A stretch of DNA of 64,000 nucleotides from Chrysomallon squamiferum (lineage: Eukaryota > Animalia > Mollusca). Made by a program: the position numbers and the translations under genes. The stretch's first letter is position 1. Each line of letters opens with the position of its first letter. Shown here piece by piece: positions 33,848 through 48,070 of this stretch. Where the stretch lies: NCBI GenBank assembly GCA_012295275.1, contig CM022670.1:10664001-10728000 (forward strand), in the 5' to 3' direction. The notes beneath the pieces are model-generated. The model was not told where the DNA came from, made no database searches, and worked only from the letters and a program-made list of their open reading frames with translations.

Positions 33848-35124
33848 CTTTTGACATCCAAAACATGTTTCAAAGACAGGTAGCCACAGACCGGTTTTTC
33901 TTCAATGATTCGCATTTGAATTACAATTTGTTGCGCAGCAAGTCAGGATTGCGATGTCTCGTGAAAATGTTTTTCTCTTTAAGCCCTATTAAACAATAAT
34001 TGCATTGACATTAAAATAAAAAATAAAAATAAAAAATAAAAATAATAACAATAATCACAACTAAAACTTTCCATGAAAATATCCACTTTTACACAGTTTT
34101 TGATAAAATTCAAAAACTATTGGTAGATTCAAAGATTGGTTTAGTTCCGTTTACAAACTAAATTTAATTGTTAAACTAAGTTAAAGTTTTGGGAGTTAAA
34201 GTAATAAATATTTAGTCCTGTATGATCTGGTATTCTGTTCGATAAAATGTGTTTTATTTTATTTAAAAAAAACTACTACTACTACTACTACTACTAATAA
34301 TAATAAAAAGGATTAGTTGAAAAAGAAAAGAAAAAGTTAAAATGTAATTCTAATAAACAATTATTTGAAATTGGTTGGGCATAATTTCAAAAAAAAAATT
34401 ATAATTCTTTTAGATTTATTTTATATTAAAAAACAAGAACGTTGTAACATATAAAAAGGTACTACCAATAACAGTAACATGTATTTTATATATATTTACA
34501 TTTGTAATATACACATTTCGCTAGTAAACTACAACCCAGTACACATTCAATATATCTATTAGGTAGGCGTACCAGTCAAAACTATTATTTTGGAATTATC
34601 TGCCCTTGTATATGTGATAGTCGAATGTTTATATATGCAGTTGTCGTAAAATTAGCTATTTACAGTATTTCTAATAATTACTTTACAGCATAAATCAAAC
34701 TTTTAATACGTTATTAGCGTAGACACCGTCATTTTTGTGGCACTTACAAGATCTATGTAGCAAACAAACAATGCCTGTTATTATAGATGTTTAATGTTTA
34801 AGCTTTGTTGATTTTAGCCAGTCGGACTATTTTAAAGTGACATTTTTTGAGTATTTGTTTTATTTTAATACACAGTTAATTTAACTAATTACTAATTTTG
34901 CAGATACGATATCCATATAATAAGTATTCTTGTAGTAATTAACAAATGTAAGAACGGGAACTGTTTCTATAATGTAAAATATAATTAATAGGTTTAAAAA
35001 GACTGCATATACTGATTGCATGACTAAAATATAGAATGTAGCCTCGTAAATTATTAAACTATAGCCGATTATTCTATTATTCGATTATTAAAATATGTTT
35101 TCAATTAAACAAATAATAAGATAA

Positions 35125-35155
<31 letters not shown>

Positions 35156-35318
35156 AAAAATAAGATTATCATTATAAAAATAATTTTTGTCACGGTTGCC
35201 GACCATATAGCTATGGTTCAAGGGAAATAATCTTTATTATATATAAACAATTTCTTATAAAAGTATACTTATCAATTTATGATTTGTTTTTTGTAACAAA
35301 TTAGATATTTAATAAACA
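33848..35318. promoter_or_regulatory. Divergent promoter region between GHDC and FPGT, with a candidate GHDC 5' UTR exon ending at 33848
   Basis: Minus-strand donor AAG|GTAAGT at 33848/33847; the GHDC ATG exon has an upstream CAG acceptor at 32671-32673; CpG is retained locally; FPGT ATG is at 35319. Confidence 0.5.
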
Positions 35319-36180
35319 ATGAGCGACGGAGAGAGCATTTCCAATTACATGCTTGAACTAATGACACAATATAAAGAATTAAGAGGTAATAGGCATTTAT
35401 TCCCGCAACATTGGTAACAAATATTTAACAATAATAAATAAATAAATGAATAACAATAACAAAAAATGTCCACGAAACGGAGACGATGACGTATGGACTG
35501 GATGCAATTATATTATTAAAGTGAATTCGTTTGTCACATTTTAACTACTAAAAAATGAAATAAAATAAATAAAAAATATTAAAAATGCATTACTTTAAAA
35601 AAACAAAACAAAAAAAACAACCACTTTAATTATAAAAAAAAAAAAAAAAAAAAAGAAGAAAGCTGTAACAAGTTCTGATTTGCTAGATTCGCATGATGAG
35701 ATTTCAAACACTGGCTGCAATAGTCATTTTGGTTAAATAACCTTTAATAAACTACTTGCCAAAAACTAATTATTATTATTATTATTATTACAGGAAAGAA
35801 TAAGGACAGTGGACCAATTCCTTTCTGGGATATAATTGTAATAACAACATTGGATGAAGCACAAAAGAAAGCATTTGAGTTGCAGATAAATGATAAATAC
35901 AAAAGAAAGGAACTACCTCTTGGCCTATCTATAAAGATCATCAGCGATCCACCAGGAACACGAATTGGTAGGATATTGATAAATGTGAATGTGTATTAAT
36001 ATACAGGGATGACAGTGTTAATGGGAATTTCTAACCTAAGCATAATAGTAGTTTAGTATTTGATCATTTATTATTATTTTTTTTTTTTTTTAATATTATT
36101 ACTTAGAAACAAAATATGCTGGTAAACTGAGTGAGTAAAATTAATGTTTTGCATATTATTATTATTATTATTATGATATG

Positions 36181-36213
<33 letters not shown>

Positions 36214-38079
36214 ATTATTATTATTTAATGTCTTCTTAAGAAATCTAGATAAGCCAAAATACTAAATTGGTAAAGAAAAGTAATAATAATAAAAAATAAA
36301 TAAAAATTATCCAGTACATATTATACTGAAAGGCTGAGTCTTTGGTGATCATTCTCTACTATAAGATAATTTAAAAACTGAAGATGATTATTTATTAAAA
36401 CACAGTGTTTCATAGACATTCCATTATTCATCATAATTATCACCATTCGTTATGATAATCATCATCATCCTCATCATCACATAAAGAAATGTTATTAATT
36501 AGGATTTGTTTAAGGTAATGGAGGATCAACACTGACTGTTCTTGCTGCCCTGGAGGAGCAATATGGAGACAAGTTGCTCACCAAAAAGATTCTCCTTATT
36601 CATGCAGGAGGATGGAGTCAGAGGATGCCAAGTTCAAGCGTCCTGGGCAAAATCTTTTCAGCACTCCCTCATGGAGATCCCATATATCAAATGCTGGATT
36701 TAAAACTCGCTCTATTTTGGCCTTTTGTTCCAAAGATGGAACCTGGAGTTCTTTTAACATGTGCTGATGATTTTTTGGTTTTTGATCTCCACAGTGAATC
36801 AGACTGGTCACTTCCAGCCAGTGGCTTCACAGCCTTGGCCCACCCTTCACCGATAGTGTTAGGAAGAACACATGGAGTGTACGTTTTAGCTGATGTAGAT
36901 GAACTTGATAAACAAAAACCTGTTATCATTGCTAAATGCTTAGAAGTTCTGCAGAAGCCATCTGATGAAAGAATGAGAAGAAAGGGAGCCGTTTTGAAAG
37001 GGAAAAAACATGTTTTTGCGGATGGTATAGAACTGGAAGGGGAGGCTGTGTACACCGACAGCTGTTTCTATTTTGGCTCCGATGTTGTTGAGAAACTCAT
37101 AAAGCTGAAGAAAGAGATTGGAAATGTTGAGAATGAAATTGATGCCTACGGTGACTTCTTGCAAGCAGTTGGTCCAAGAGCATCCAGTGAATACATCCAC
37201 ATGACATCTAACATCTCTCACATGACCACTGGGCTACTGAAGACAAGACAGCGTGTGTTTGACCACTTGCACGAAACAGACATCCATTTACTTGTTCTCA
37301 ATGCTTCAAAATTCATCCACATTGGCACGACAAAAGAATACATTTATCACTTGTGTCATGACCAGCAGTTCCAAAAACAAATGTCTTTTTCCAAAGATGT
37401 TTTCAACATGTGGACTGAAGAAGACAGCAGCCATCAAGTTAAAAAGCAAAAAATTGATGCACGAGATGGATGTGTGATGCATTCTGTTATTCCAGCAAAC
37501 AGCATCATCAGCACCAGCACCGTCATGGAGTACTGCCACTTTGACATTCCTCTTGTAACAGGGAAGGACACTATAATCAGTAACTGTCAGTATCTTTCAA
37601 CAGTCTCTAACAACATCGAAAAAATAGAAATCCCTGATAATATTTTTCTGCACACTGTTCCAGTGACTGTTAACAGTGAAGTGAAATATGTGACAGTCTT
37701 TTTTAACATTGAGGATGACCTGAAGAAATCACACAAACCTGAAGAAGCTGGTAACCTTCAATTCTTGACCATCACTTTACAGAAATTTTGTGATCGTCTT
37801 GGTTGGAAGGTGAAGGATCTTGAAAAGCAAGAGGTGAATAGTTCTAAAACTAATCTGTGGATGATGAGATTGTTTCCAGCTCTGACATCGATGACAGATT
37901 CATTCTACCAAGCTTTGTCTGTTCTCCGAAAGACTCTCTCACCTGCTGAATCAACTGAACCCGTTATCTGTGATCATAAGCTCTATGCACTGACAGATTT
38001 GCTAAAAATAAAAGATGTGTCAACCATGTTGAAATACAGACAGGATTTGTTTAATTTAATACAAGCAGGCAAACAATAA
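35319..38079 (+). CDS. FPGT: Fucose-1-phosphate guanylyltransferase (GDP-L-fucose pyrophosphorylase), 601 aa, 3 exons
   Basis: Exons 35319-35385, 35794-35967, 36515-38079 (1806 nt). Motifs: FWDIIVIT, KRKELPLG, DPPGTRIGNGGST, ILLIHAGGWSQRMP...GKIFSALP, GFTALAHPS...HGVYV, LQKPS, EIDAYGDFLQA, SKFIHIGTTKEY. No kinase domain is fused. Confidence 0.95.
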
Positions 38080-39891
38080 TAACATGATTAGGAACATACT
38101 GCTGAATGGATTAGAAATGGATTTGGAAATGATCTGCGATTGATTTTAGACTTGATATGGATTTGGAATCATCCTGCGATTAAAACTGAGACATTTTTAA
38201 ACTACATTGATATCATCTGAAATTGATTTTGACTAAATTTTATGATTCAACTTTAACCGAAAATGTCCTTTCCATTTGTCTGGATCTGTGATAACACAAA
38301 TCATTTTAATAACACTTTTTGATCTGCATAAGTTTGATATTGATGATCATCTGAACAGAATAATAATACAGTAAAACCACACTGACTAAAAACAAAGAAG
38401 AAAAAAAGAAAGATTTTATGAAAATGGACTGATTAAAACCTTAATATTAATTTCCCAAGAAAGATGATACAATTTTGGCAGCTAAATGTTGGAGATATGG
38501 TATTCTTTTACCATAAAGAATATTTTTAAATGGTATGACTTTGTTAACATGGATTATATATATTATGTTTTTATTGTAGTATGATATTATTGTACACATG
38601 ATTTGAATTGTAAAATTATTTCATTTTTAAGGAATAATTTTATAATGTGGCATGGTTTATTTAAATTTAGAGTATGGTATGATTTTATGGTACGGGTATA
38701 TAAAATTATAAACGGGGGTGATTTTTATGAATTACTTAATAGTTAATTTTTAATATTTTATGAATTTAAGAATCATTTATATTGTGTAATGTGGAATGAT
38801 TTTATGAATGAACAATTTAAATATATGATATGGTTTTCATGGCATGGGTTTTAAATAATTTAAATTATGGTTACAATTTATAGTATTCATATTTTAAATG
38901 GTGGTTTTGTTTATGGTATATACTATTTCAGTTTTGATATGTTTTTTATAGTATTGTTTATTTAAATCTGATATTTTTCAACTTTTACAGTATTGGTTAT
39001 TTAAATTTAGTATTGGTTTATTTTAAAATTTTAAAGGTTATGAAAAGTTTAACACTGTTGTATAATTTTATTTTATGGATTTCATAAAATTTATGGTTAT
39101 GATTTGATGGTTTGGTATAGTTTTTAATATGATACATTTTTTGAAATCTCCGACAATGCATACTTACTACTGCTAGAACCATTATACATACCTTTACTTT
39201 ATCAGTTACAACATTGTTATTTACTGACTGAATCAAGTGTCATCCTTTAGACAAGGGCCATTTTAAAAAAAAATTTACTTTGTATTAACAACTCAGAGGG
39301 ACTGTCCTTACAAATTTGTGCAAAACAAGAAGAAACTGGTGCACATCTAGGTAAAATTTTCAGGCAAAGCAGTCATTCTTCCCAAACATATAATCAAACA
39401 GTCTCTGCATGTCTAAACAGTAATAAATTTTCAACCATTGGTTAATGAATGAAAAGCACCCAATAAATTTTCTATTTCTGATATATTTCTAGTTTTCACA
39501 GGAAACTTCAGCAATTTTTACAAGCAATGGATGTTTTATGTGCAATTTGCAACAAACAAGTATGGTGTAACTAAATTTTGATACAAGATTAAATGATGTG
39601 AGTGTTTGTAGGTGTGTCTTCATTTTAAATGACTGGACTGTTAAACTTGATTGGTGTTTTGACTTTTTCCACAATTAATCAAAACTGTTGTTATTTATTA
39701 AGAATAATATGTTAAACATATTTACTAAATAACTAGTAATTACATAACTTACAAATGCTTTTTTTAGCAATTATGTTTTTCACATACAAGTATTTATTTG
39801 TGATACTTTCATATATGTATTAGGTATGTATGCAAGTGTTTTTCTCATATCATTTTTACTTATCCAGAATTTGTTGTTTTGTTTCTCTGAT

Positions 39892-39938
<47 letters not shown>

Positions 39939-40547
39939 CAGGATCTACATATAAGAAGATAATTTTATTTGTAATATAAAAATAGTTGGTTTACATGGAG
40001 TTACTGAAAAACAAGTTTTCATTTTAGGTAAAAGGTGTTGCTGTCATGATCACGTTGGCCTCAAGAAGCTGCTGTTGTCCTTTATTATTTATTTTTTTTG
40101 GGCAGTTTTTTACATTTTTGAAGATAACAAGTAACACTACCAATAACACAGTTTGAATAATAATTACATTTCATAAAGTCTGGTTAGTCGTAATTGTAAT
40201 TATTTGAGAAAAAACTTTAAAAAAAAATGTCTAACGTGATTGAGGCTTAATGTCTAAATAAAAAATAATAATAATAACAAAAGATGCATTTAAAACTAAA
40301 TTATTTATGATTATTGTTGCTGTTGTTGCTGCTTTTCTTTAGTTAGGTTATTCACATATAAATTGTTGACCCTCAGTTTCATGGACTAATATGGAAAACA
40401 AAAAAACATTGTAATGGGGTTGCCATGATTATATAGTGGGACTCAGAATAACTAAATAGTACCTAAAAATAAGGTTTTAATTGGTTAAGTTCAAATTTTG
40501 TTATAATTAGAAAAAAAAAAAACGAGGTCTGTGAAATTGAAGGTCAC

Positions 40548-40591
<44 letters not shown>

Positions 40592-40798
40592 TAATGCATT
40601 AATATATTAATGTGCATTTTTAATGTGTTCTGAGGGCAGAAATGTTATATGATAATAATAGTAGCAGCAGCAGTAGTTATAGTAGTGATAGCAGTAGTAA
40701 TAACAGTTGCACTAGTAGTCTTAGTTCTGCTATTGATAATAGAAGTAGTGCCTGTAATAAATAATAATAAATAAATAAATAAAATTATCAACACATTA

Positions 40799-40973
40799 AC
40801 AACACCTGGAAACAACAACAGCTAAGGCAGAAGAAGGTAAGAAAGAAAACAACGCACAACACCTGGAAACAACAACAGCTAAGGCAGAAGAAGGTAAGAA
40901 AGAAAACAACGCACAACACCTGGAAACAACAACAGCTAAGGCAGAAGAAGGTAAGAAAGAAAACAACGCACAA
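40799..40973. repeat. 57-bp tandem triplication
   Basis: Unit ACCTGGAAACAACAACAGCTAAGGCAGAAGAAGGTAAGAAAGAAAACAACGCACAAC starts at 40804, 40861 and 40918; copies are essentially identical. Confidence 0.95.
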
Positions 40974-41265
40974 AACGTGCCTTTCACGTGCGCGACTGGA
41001 ACCGCGTGATGCGGGACGTACAACTCGTTTGTCTTTCTTTTCTTTTTCTTTACTTTTTTTTTTTTTTTTTTTTGTTGTTGTTTGGCTTGCGACTCTATGG
41101 ATCACAACAAGAAATCTCGCTAATCCCGTGAACAAAGCCAACTGCAGCTTTCGCTGAACTTTTAAAGATCAGCCTTTTTTTTTTTTCTAAAGATTAATCT
41201 TACATGAGCGTAAAACAAAGTTTCTCCGTCAGTAAACATTGAGCGTGCGGTGGTTACAAAAATTA

Positions 41266-41301
<36 letters not shown>

Positions 41302-43447
41302 CTTAAATGAAACAAATCTCAATAACAATTGCACGCAGCCGAGTTCGTTCTGCCTTCACTGGTGCTTGTTGGAAGTCAAAAGTAGTCTGTGACAATGTCC
41401 TGTTTGTACGTAAATGAGAACGTCTGCAGAGGATCAAGTGGTGCACGTGCCGTTTTTTTTTTTTTTTTAAATTTTGTCGGAGTCGACTGGTTCTGCGCGA
41501 GTAAAACGGAACATGGAGATAGGTTTTTCTGAAGTTAACTCGGTGCATGTCTTTGATAATTACAATCGTTTTGAATTTCTAGAATCGTTATATTAACAGT
41601 GTCTTGTTAAAGTTTCTTCAAACTGTTACTGATGAAGATGATGATTGTTGTTATTGTCTTTGTTATTTATAATGCCTTGCCTTCTTCTATTTCTTTTGCT
41701 GTTGTAGGCATCCAGATATAAACATTTTAGAAAAAAAAAAAAAAAAAAGGAGAAAAAAAAGAAGGTTGGATGACTTTTAATGTTGGTTATAATGCAGCTT
41801 AAATTTTGCCCTTTTCATTTAACTTTTTTTAACTTTGAGTACATGTGCGCCTACGACTATTTGAAAGCAAACGACAAATATTATTTTATCTACATTTCCT
41901 GTTACATCTAATGAACGTTCAGATGTTACCAACTTCATCATATTCACACCTTGCAATGATTTCCTATATCATGTTGATGACTTGCTTTCAAAAAAAAAAA
42001 AAAAAAAAAAAAATATTATTATTCATTTATGTTATTATTTATTTTTGAATAGAACATTTTTATGTGAGAAAGTACGCGCTATGTAAGTGTATATCAGTGT
42101 ATAAGAGAAGAAACATACAATTAATAGTTAGCACTGCAAACGGAGTAAAAGTGTTCCTGTAATAATGTTTACTACAACCACTACTATTACTACAATTAAC
42201 TACTGTTACTACTACTGTTGCTACTACAAATACTACTACTACTATATCAACTACTATTTCTATTATTTATTTATTTATTTTTGATAATAACAACAATAAT
42301 AATAATAATAATAAATGTATTTAAAACAATTTTAAATGTGTTTTGTGTCTTTTTTGCCGCATGTGTGTATGATTGTGTGTACGTGAATAATTTTAACAAA
42401 CAACAACTAAATATTCAATAAGCCTGTAAATATTTTTTTTTTAGTCTTCATTCCTTCTAAAATGGCAAAAGGATTTTTCTTTTTCAAATGACCTTCTTAC
42501 GCTGATTCAGATTTTCTGTACTATCTATATTTCTTGCCAAATATAGTAAATAGAAGAAGAAACAAATACGTTAACAGGGATGATAGATAATGTTGTTTTG
42601 ATTATTTAATACAATTATATAGACTAGATTAGTAACGATAAGTAATTAAAAAAATAAAACAACAACAAAAAAAAAAAAAAAATAAACGGCCGTCGCAGAT
42701 AAATACATCATTTAATAATAAAACAAAATATATGAATTAAAAATTCCTAATAAAACGAGACAGTTAGTCCAGTCAAATAAATTGGAAAGAGGGGCACATG
42801 TTCTAAAGGTGACCTCTGGTGGACAGAAGACGGAAGCAACTTTATGTTTATTAGACTCCAGGTTTTTTGTAGGCAGAACACACAAACTATTTAGCGAGGC
42901 AATAACGGTAACACACAACAAGTTAATTTGTGTTGGTTTTTCTTGTTACAATGAGTACCGAACGTGTCTCAAGTTTGACGTTTTCAGGAAACGTCGTTTA
43001 GAAATATACTGTTTTGTCTTCCGTATATCAATGCGGACTGTGATCAAATAATGACAGGTGTACTGTTAAAAAAAACACGAAAATTTCATCTGTGTGTGTT
43101 TGATAGATTGTTTTCAAACTCTGTGTTTTCATATTAATTTATTCTCCTAAAATAGGTCTCCGTCTTTTTCCCCTCATATATATATATATATATATATATA
43201 CCTCAAATAGAGGTGCTTGTATAGAGGTAGTATGTAAAGTGAAAAATTATATCATTTCATATACCGCTGCCAAAATGTGCAGTCAAATAACAAAAAAACA
43301 AACAATTTCTATTAGGTGGTGATACGTACACTACAATAACATTAACAACTAAACCAGACAGAGTAGATTCATTAACGGTCATGACCAGTATAAGCAAACA
43401 CATACATATTTTGAAACTGCAGTGATTATGATTTGTAATTCATAAAC

Positions 43448-43479
<32 letters not shown>

Positions 43480-43813
43480 AGAGAGAAAAAAAAAAAAGAG
43501 AGAAGTGTGTAGATATCGATTTTGTTTTGTCAATAAATTTCGTTTTCACCATCTTCTTCTTATTTCTATAGTTATTATTCTCGTTATTTATCAAAATTAT
43601 TAAAATAAATTCAAAGGACAATGACCCAATACATTGGTTACGAAATTACCCGAAACGATTCCCTGTAATTGTTTAGGTAAGATTACGTGCATACCAGTAC
43701 ACTTAGCGCAATGTACAATTAGAATGACTGCAGACAGGCTGAGATAAACGAATTAAAAAGTACAAAAGACCACTAAATAGTTGTTCTAGGTAAAATTGAT
43801 ATAAAAACTGGTA

Positions 43814-43935
<122 letters not shown>

Positions 43936-44699
43936 TCATCGGTAGGTCCATTCCAATTTGACATTATCGCTATGGTCAGCCATTTCAACTATTTTTATTT
44001 GTACTCAAAATACTTCTTGACACACTAACGCATCCTGCTGTTATAAAAAAATATATTATAGTGTTCAAACGATGAACACCGTAACATTTCTTGCAATCAG
44101 GTGACTGAGCGAAACAGTGTATGAAACAAAACAACTCAGCTAGGCTCTTCAAATTTGACCCGTGTCAATACTATTTGTCAAACAACAAGCCACTGTTGAC
44201 AGTCTGTTCGTGTCGATAAACGGAGCAGACGTCGTATTGACCAAGTAATTTGGCTAATGGGTTTACTCAGTAAAAATAGATAGCATTCTCCGTCATCACA
44301 TCATGAACTTGAAAGACTGAGGTGTGTTATTAAAAAGCGTAATACAGGGAAATGATCTAGTTGCCACATCATTTTAAAAATAAAAAAAAATAATATATAT
44401 GACAGTAAAAAAAAAATAATAATAAATATAAATGAAATTTGTATTAAATTAAAAATATGATCCTTTGTTACTTCTTATTTGACAGAATGAGTAAGTTAAA
44501 TCTATTTTTACTTATTTTTCATTAAATATGACAGAATTGTGTAAGAATATACGGTTAGAAGGAAAAAAGATAAAAGTGGCAAAAAAAAAAAAATAAAAAA
44601 AAAAAAAAGAATCATTCAGCAAAGGGCAGAGAAATAGGATGTAATTGCTGTCGTAAGTTAAACCTTTTAGATGAATCAGCTTGGATATATATATAAAAA

Positions 44700-45110
44700 T
44701 CTGTTGCGAAAATGTCAGGGGAGATCCCCGCCCGAATTCGCTCGAACTATAACATGCTCAACATTCACTTACATTCTTTCAATTAAACTTTGGACTGGAT
44801 TTATTATTTCCGGAAGTTAGTGTTCTAATAATGAGGTAATTATCCGTGTAAGTGCGTCTGCCTTCTTACTGCGTAACTCAAACGTTTACAACGATACCAG
44901 GAAGTGTTTCAGATATCGAACTCCGCTGACGTCATGACCAATCAAAATCCGTCAAACGACAACTGATGTAACTCTCTAATCCGGAATGGCCAGTAAATAA
45001 ACGTGATTTGTTGCTCGTTTACGTTACGATCGTAATTCTTGGAAAAATATGTTTACTACAACTCAGTAACGGAAATGTTATATTTCGTTCACACCGCTCG
45101 TTAGGTAATT
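44700..45110. promoter_or_regulatory. Promoter-like CpG-rich motif cluster
   Basis: GC box CCCCGCCC 44726-44733; ETS CCGGAAGT 44810-44817 and CAGGAAGT 44898-44905; full CRE TGACGTCA 44927-44934; CCAAT 44938-44942. Confidence 0.4.
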
Positions 45111-46298
45111 TTCATTTTCTCCACTTTTAATTAAATCATTAAAAGTGAAAAGAAAAAAAGAGATAAATCATGTCAGCTTTGCCTCAATTAACTTATGTAG
45201 CTGTGATATGTGAGAACTCAGAACGTTATTTTTATTTATTCTTTTTAATTTTTTTTTTTTTTTTTTTTTGTATTATATGATAAATAAGTTAAACAAACAT
45301 AAACAAAATAAACAAACACGTAAACAGTAAACAATTAATGACCAAGAATAACAAAAAAAAAAAAAAAAAAAATAAAAAATAAATAAAGAAAAAGAAAGAA
45401 AGAAAAAATTTCAAATGAAGAAAACAAAAGTATATATATATTCCCCCAAAATACAAGACAGTGCACTCAAATGGAATTTGCTCTTTTATCAAAGTTTTAT
45501 CTTCTTTTATCATCTGCACATTCCATCGCCAGTGGGTATGCATATTTTTCCAAAATGGTTTATCTTGAACAAATTAAGCTATATGGGGAAATTCGGATTG
45601 AGTACGTTTTTTTGAATTTACGTAACTAAACATTTATTTTTTATTATTTCAACTTTGCCTTTCCAGCTCTGAATTTATTTATTCATTGTGCTGAATTTGT
45701 TTCTTTAACACTAAAAACTGAATCATCAGAGTAACCCCCACATTTTTCTGTTAGCAGCAAAAAATTAATTACATGAACCTTCCCAGTGGCAGAAAAACAC
45801 GTAAATTATTATGGCGTTTGAAAGCCAATTATAGGCGTTGATAAGAGTCGAAAAATCATTTAAAATAAATAAATAATAAAAAGAAATAAATAAACGAAGA
45901 CACTTGTATATATTTAATCTTTTTCGTTTTCTTTCTCTTTTGTCTTACTTTTTTTCCTTTTTCTTTCATCACGATAATTACAAATTGTGTGTATGTGCCT
46001 GCTTGTGTGTGTGGATATGTGTGTGTTTAAGTGTGTTTCTCTCTTTCTCTCTCTCTCTCACTCACACACAAAATTTTTTGATCATAATACATGTATATCA
46101 AGCGTACATATTTGCAAATAATATGTTCACGAACCACTGATATAAACAAGTGTATCATTCAAATATAGATCCTATTAGTCTAAAGTAGGACTGGGCGTGT
46201 AACCAAATAAGGTAAGCTTTTAACAAAAACATATTAAACAGCCTTTATTAACTTGTTTACGTTACAGCTACACAAAACCATTTCAGGTAATCATAGCG

Positions 46299-46354
<56 letters not shown>

Positions 46355-48070
46355 TTTGTAACTTCTTTTTTTTTTTTGTCTTTTTTTGTTTTTTTTAAAT
46401 TTGTTTTTCAAAAAAAATAAAAATAATTAGGAAAAAGGGGAAAAAAAAAAAAGTGCTTTCTCACTCTTCATTTTTTCTCGTCATAAACATAAAGTGAATT
46501 AATATTTCAGTGCATGCAGGGAACGTTGGGTTGGGTTGTAGTTAAAAAGTAAGATCATGTAAACAATTTTTTTTTTGTTTTCCATGTGATGTAAGAACAT
46601 TAAGTCTTTTTTCGCTCTTGTTATGAATAATAATAATTAAAAAAAAATGATGTATCACGAATGTATGAACGTATGAATATATACACATATGCCCACACAC
46701 ATACATTCATACATACATATACACACATACATTCATACATACATATACACACATACACGCGCAGTCACATACATGCACATAACAAATTACATAAAAAAAA
46801 AAAACCCATCGAACTTTCCACTGTACTGGACCAATCACATCTTGGCATGGATATGCTTGACCTTCAGAGTGCAATATCTGAAAAACAGATTTGTTCTGTT
46901 TGATCTTTTGTTACCGAAAACTGAACAGTTGATTGGTGGGTGAAGATCCTGGATGCTTTTTTTTTTTTATTTTTTTTTTTTTTTTTTTTGCAATTTGAAC
47001 AGATCTGAAACAAGGACATGTACTAATAACAACTAAAGTCATCTGAAGTCATAAATGTGGTTTTAACTTCTGTCAGATTATACGCTGACAACATGTACGG
47101 CCACGTAAGCGACGAAAACTCAGATTTTATCCTAAAGGTGTTTGCGTACAAAAAAAAAAAAATCATATTTTGTTACAAAACCTTAAGGCCATATCTTTAT
47201 CTACTCCAAGCTGGAATTTACTTTCTAGAAATTTAAAAAAAAATACATATTATACCAGATCTATATCATTAGGTGTTATATTACTACACTATACTTATAT
47301 AAAGATCCAGATGGTATTAGTGTCTGTGTGTCTGTGTGTCTGTGTGTTTTATCTACATATGTATGTGTGTATTTGTGCATGTACGTATGTATGTATGTAT
47401 GTTTGTATGTATGTATGTATGTATGTATGTATGTATGTATGTATGTATGTATGTATGTATGTATGTATTGTATATGTATGTGTATTTTATGTATGTTTTG
47501 AATATGCATGCATATGAATGTTTATGTGTGTATATGTCTATGTGCCGACATTTTAACACCGACCCTGGAAAATCATATATCCAATTTTCATTGAAGCAGA
47601 TCACTTAAATATTTTGCACAAATAAATAAATCAGAGGGATATACAAGTCCAACAAAACATGTTTTTGTTTCAACGGGAGCACTTTTCACGTGTCCTCTTT
47701 TCTAAATATAATTATTGTTACCCAGCAAAAGCGTGTGCTATTATTCGTTATGACCTTGGAGGCCAGATAATCCATGACGTGGATTCTATATATATATATA
47801 TATATATAAGATATAAGTGTTATTTGTATCTGTAGCTTTGGTAATAACCTATGTCGCTGATTTATCAATGAAAAACAATCGATAATAGCTTTACGAAATA
47901 CAAAAGCGCAGGATTATCCACTGTGACTGAATTGTTTATAATGTTACACCGCATGGTTATGTATACTGTGCGTAAAATTAGTTTAACGGATCCCAATTTA
48001 GAATCAGTTTGGCTTAAAATAGGAGATAGCATAAGAATTAATGCAATAATCCATAAACAATATTTTACAA

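Noticed and set aside
36503-36520. Recursive-splicing-like AG|GTAAT junctions (also at 17254 and 1738) and an upstream FPGT acceptor at 36502
   Set aside because: Explained by conserved Gly-Asn or Val-Met codons in short introns; the upstream acceptor introduces an immediate stop.
36596-37539. Overlapping antisense and alternative-frame ORFs in FPGT (also 18281-18555 in PP2C, 9926-10252 over SMIM20)
   Set aside because: Shadows of real, GC-richer exons with no recognisable motifs.
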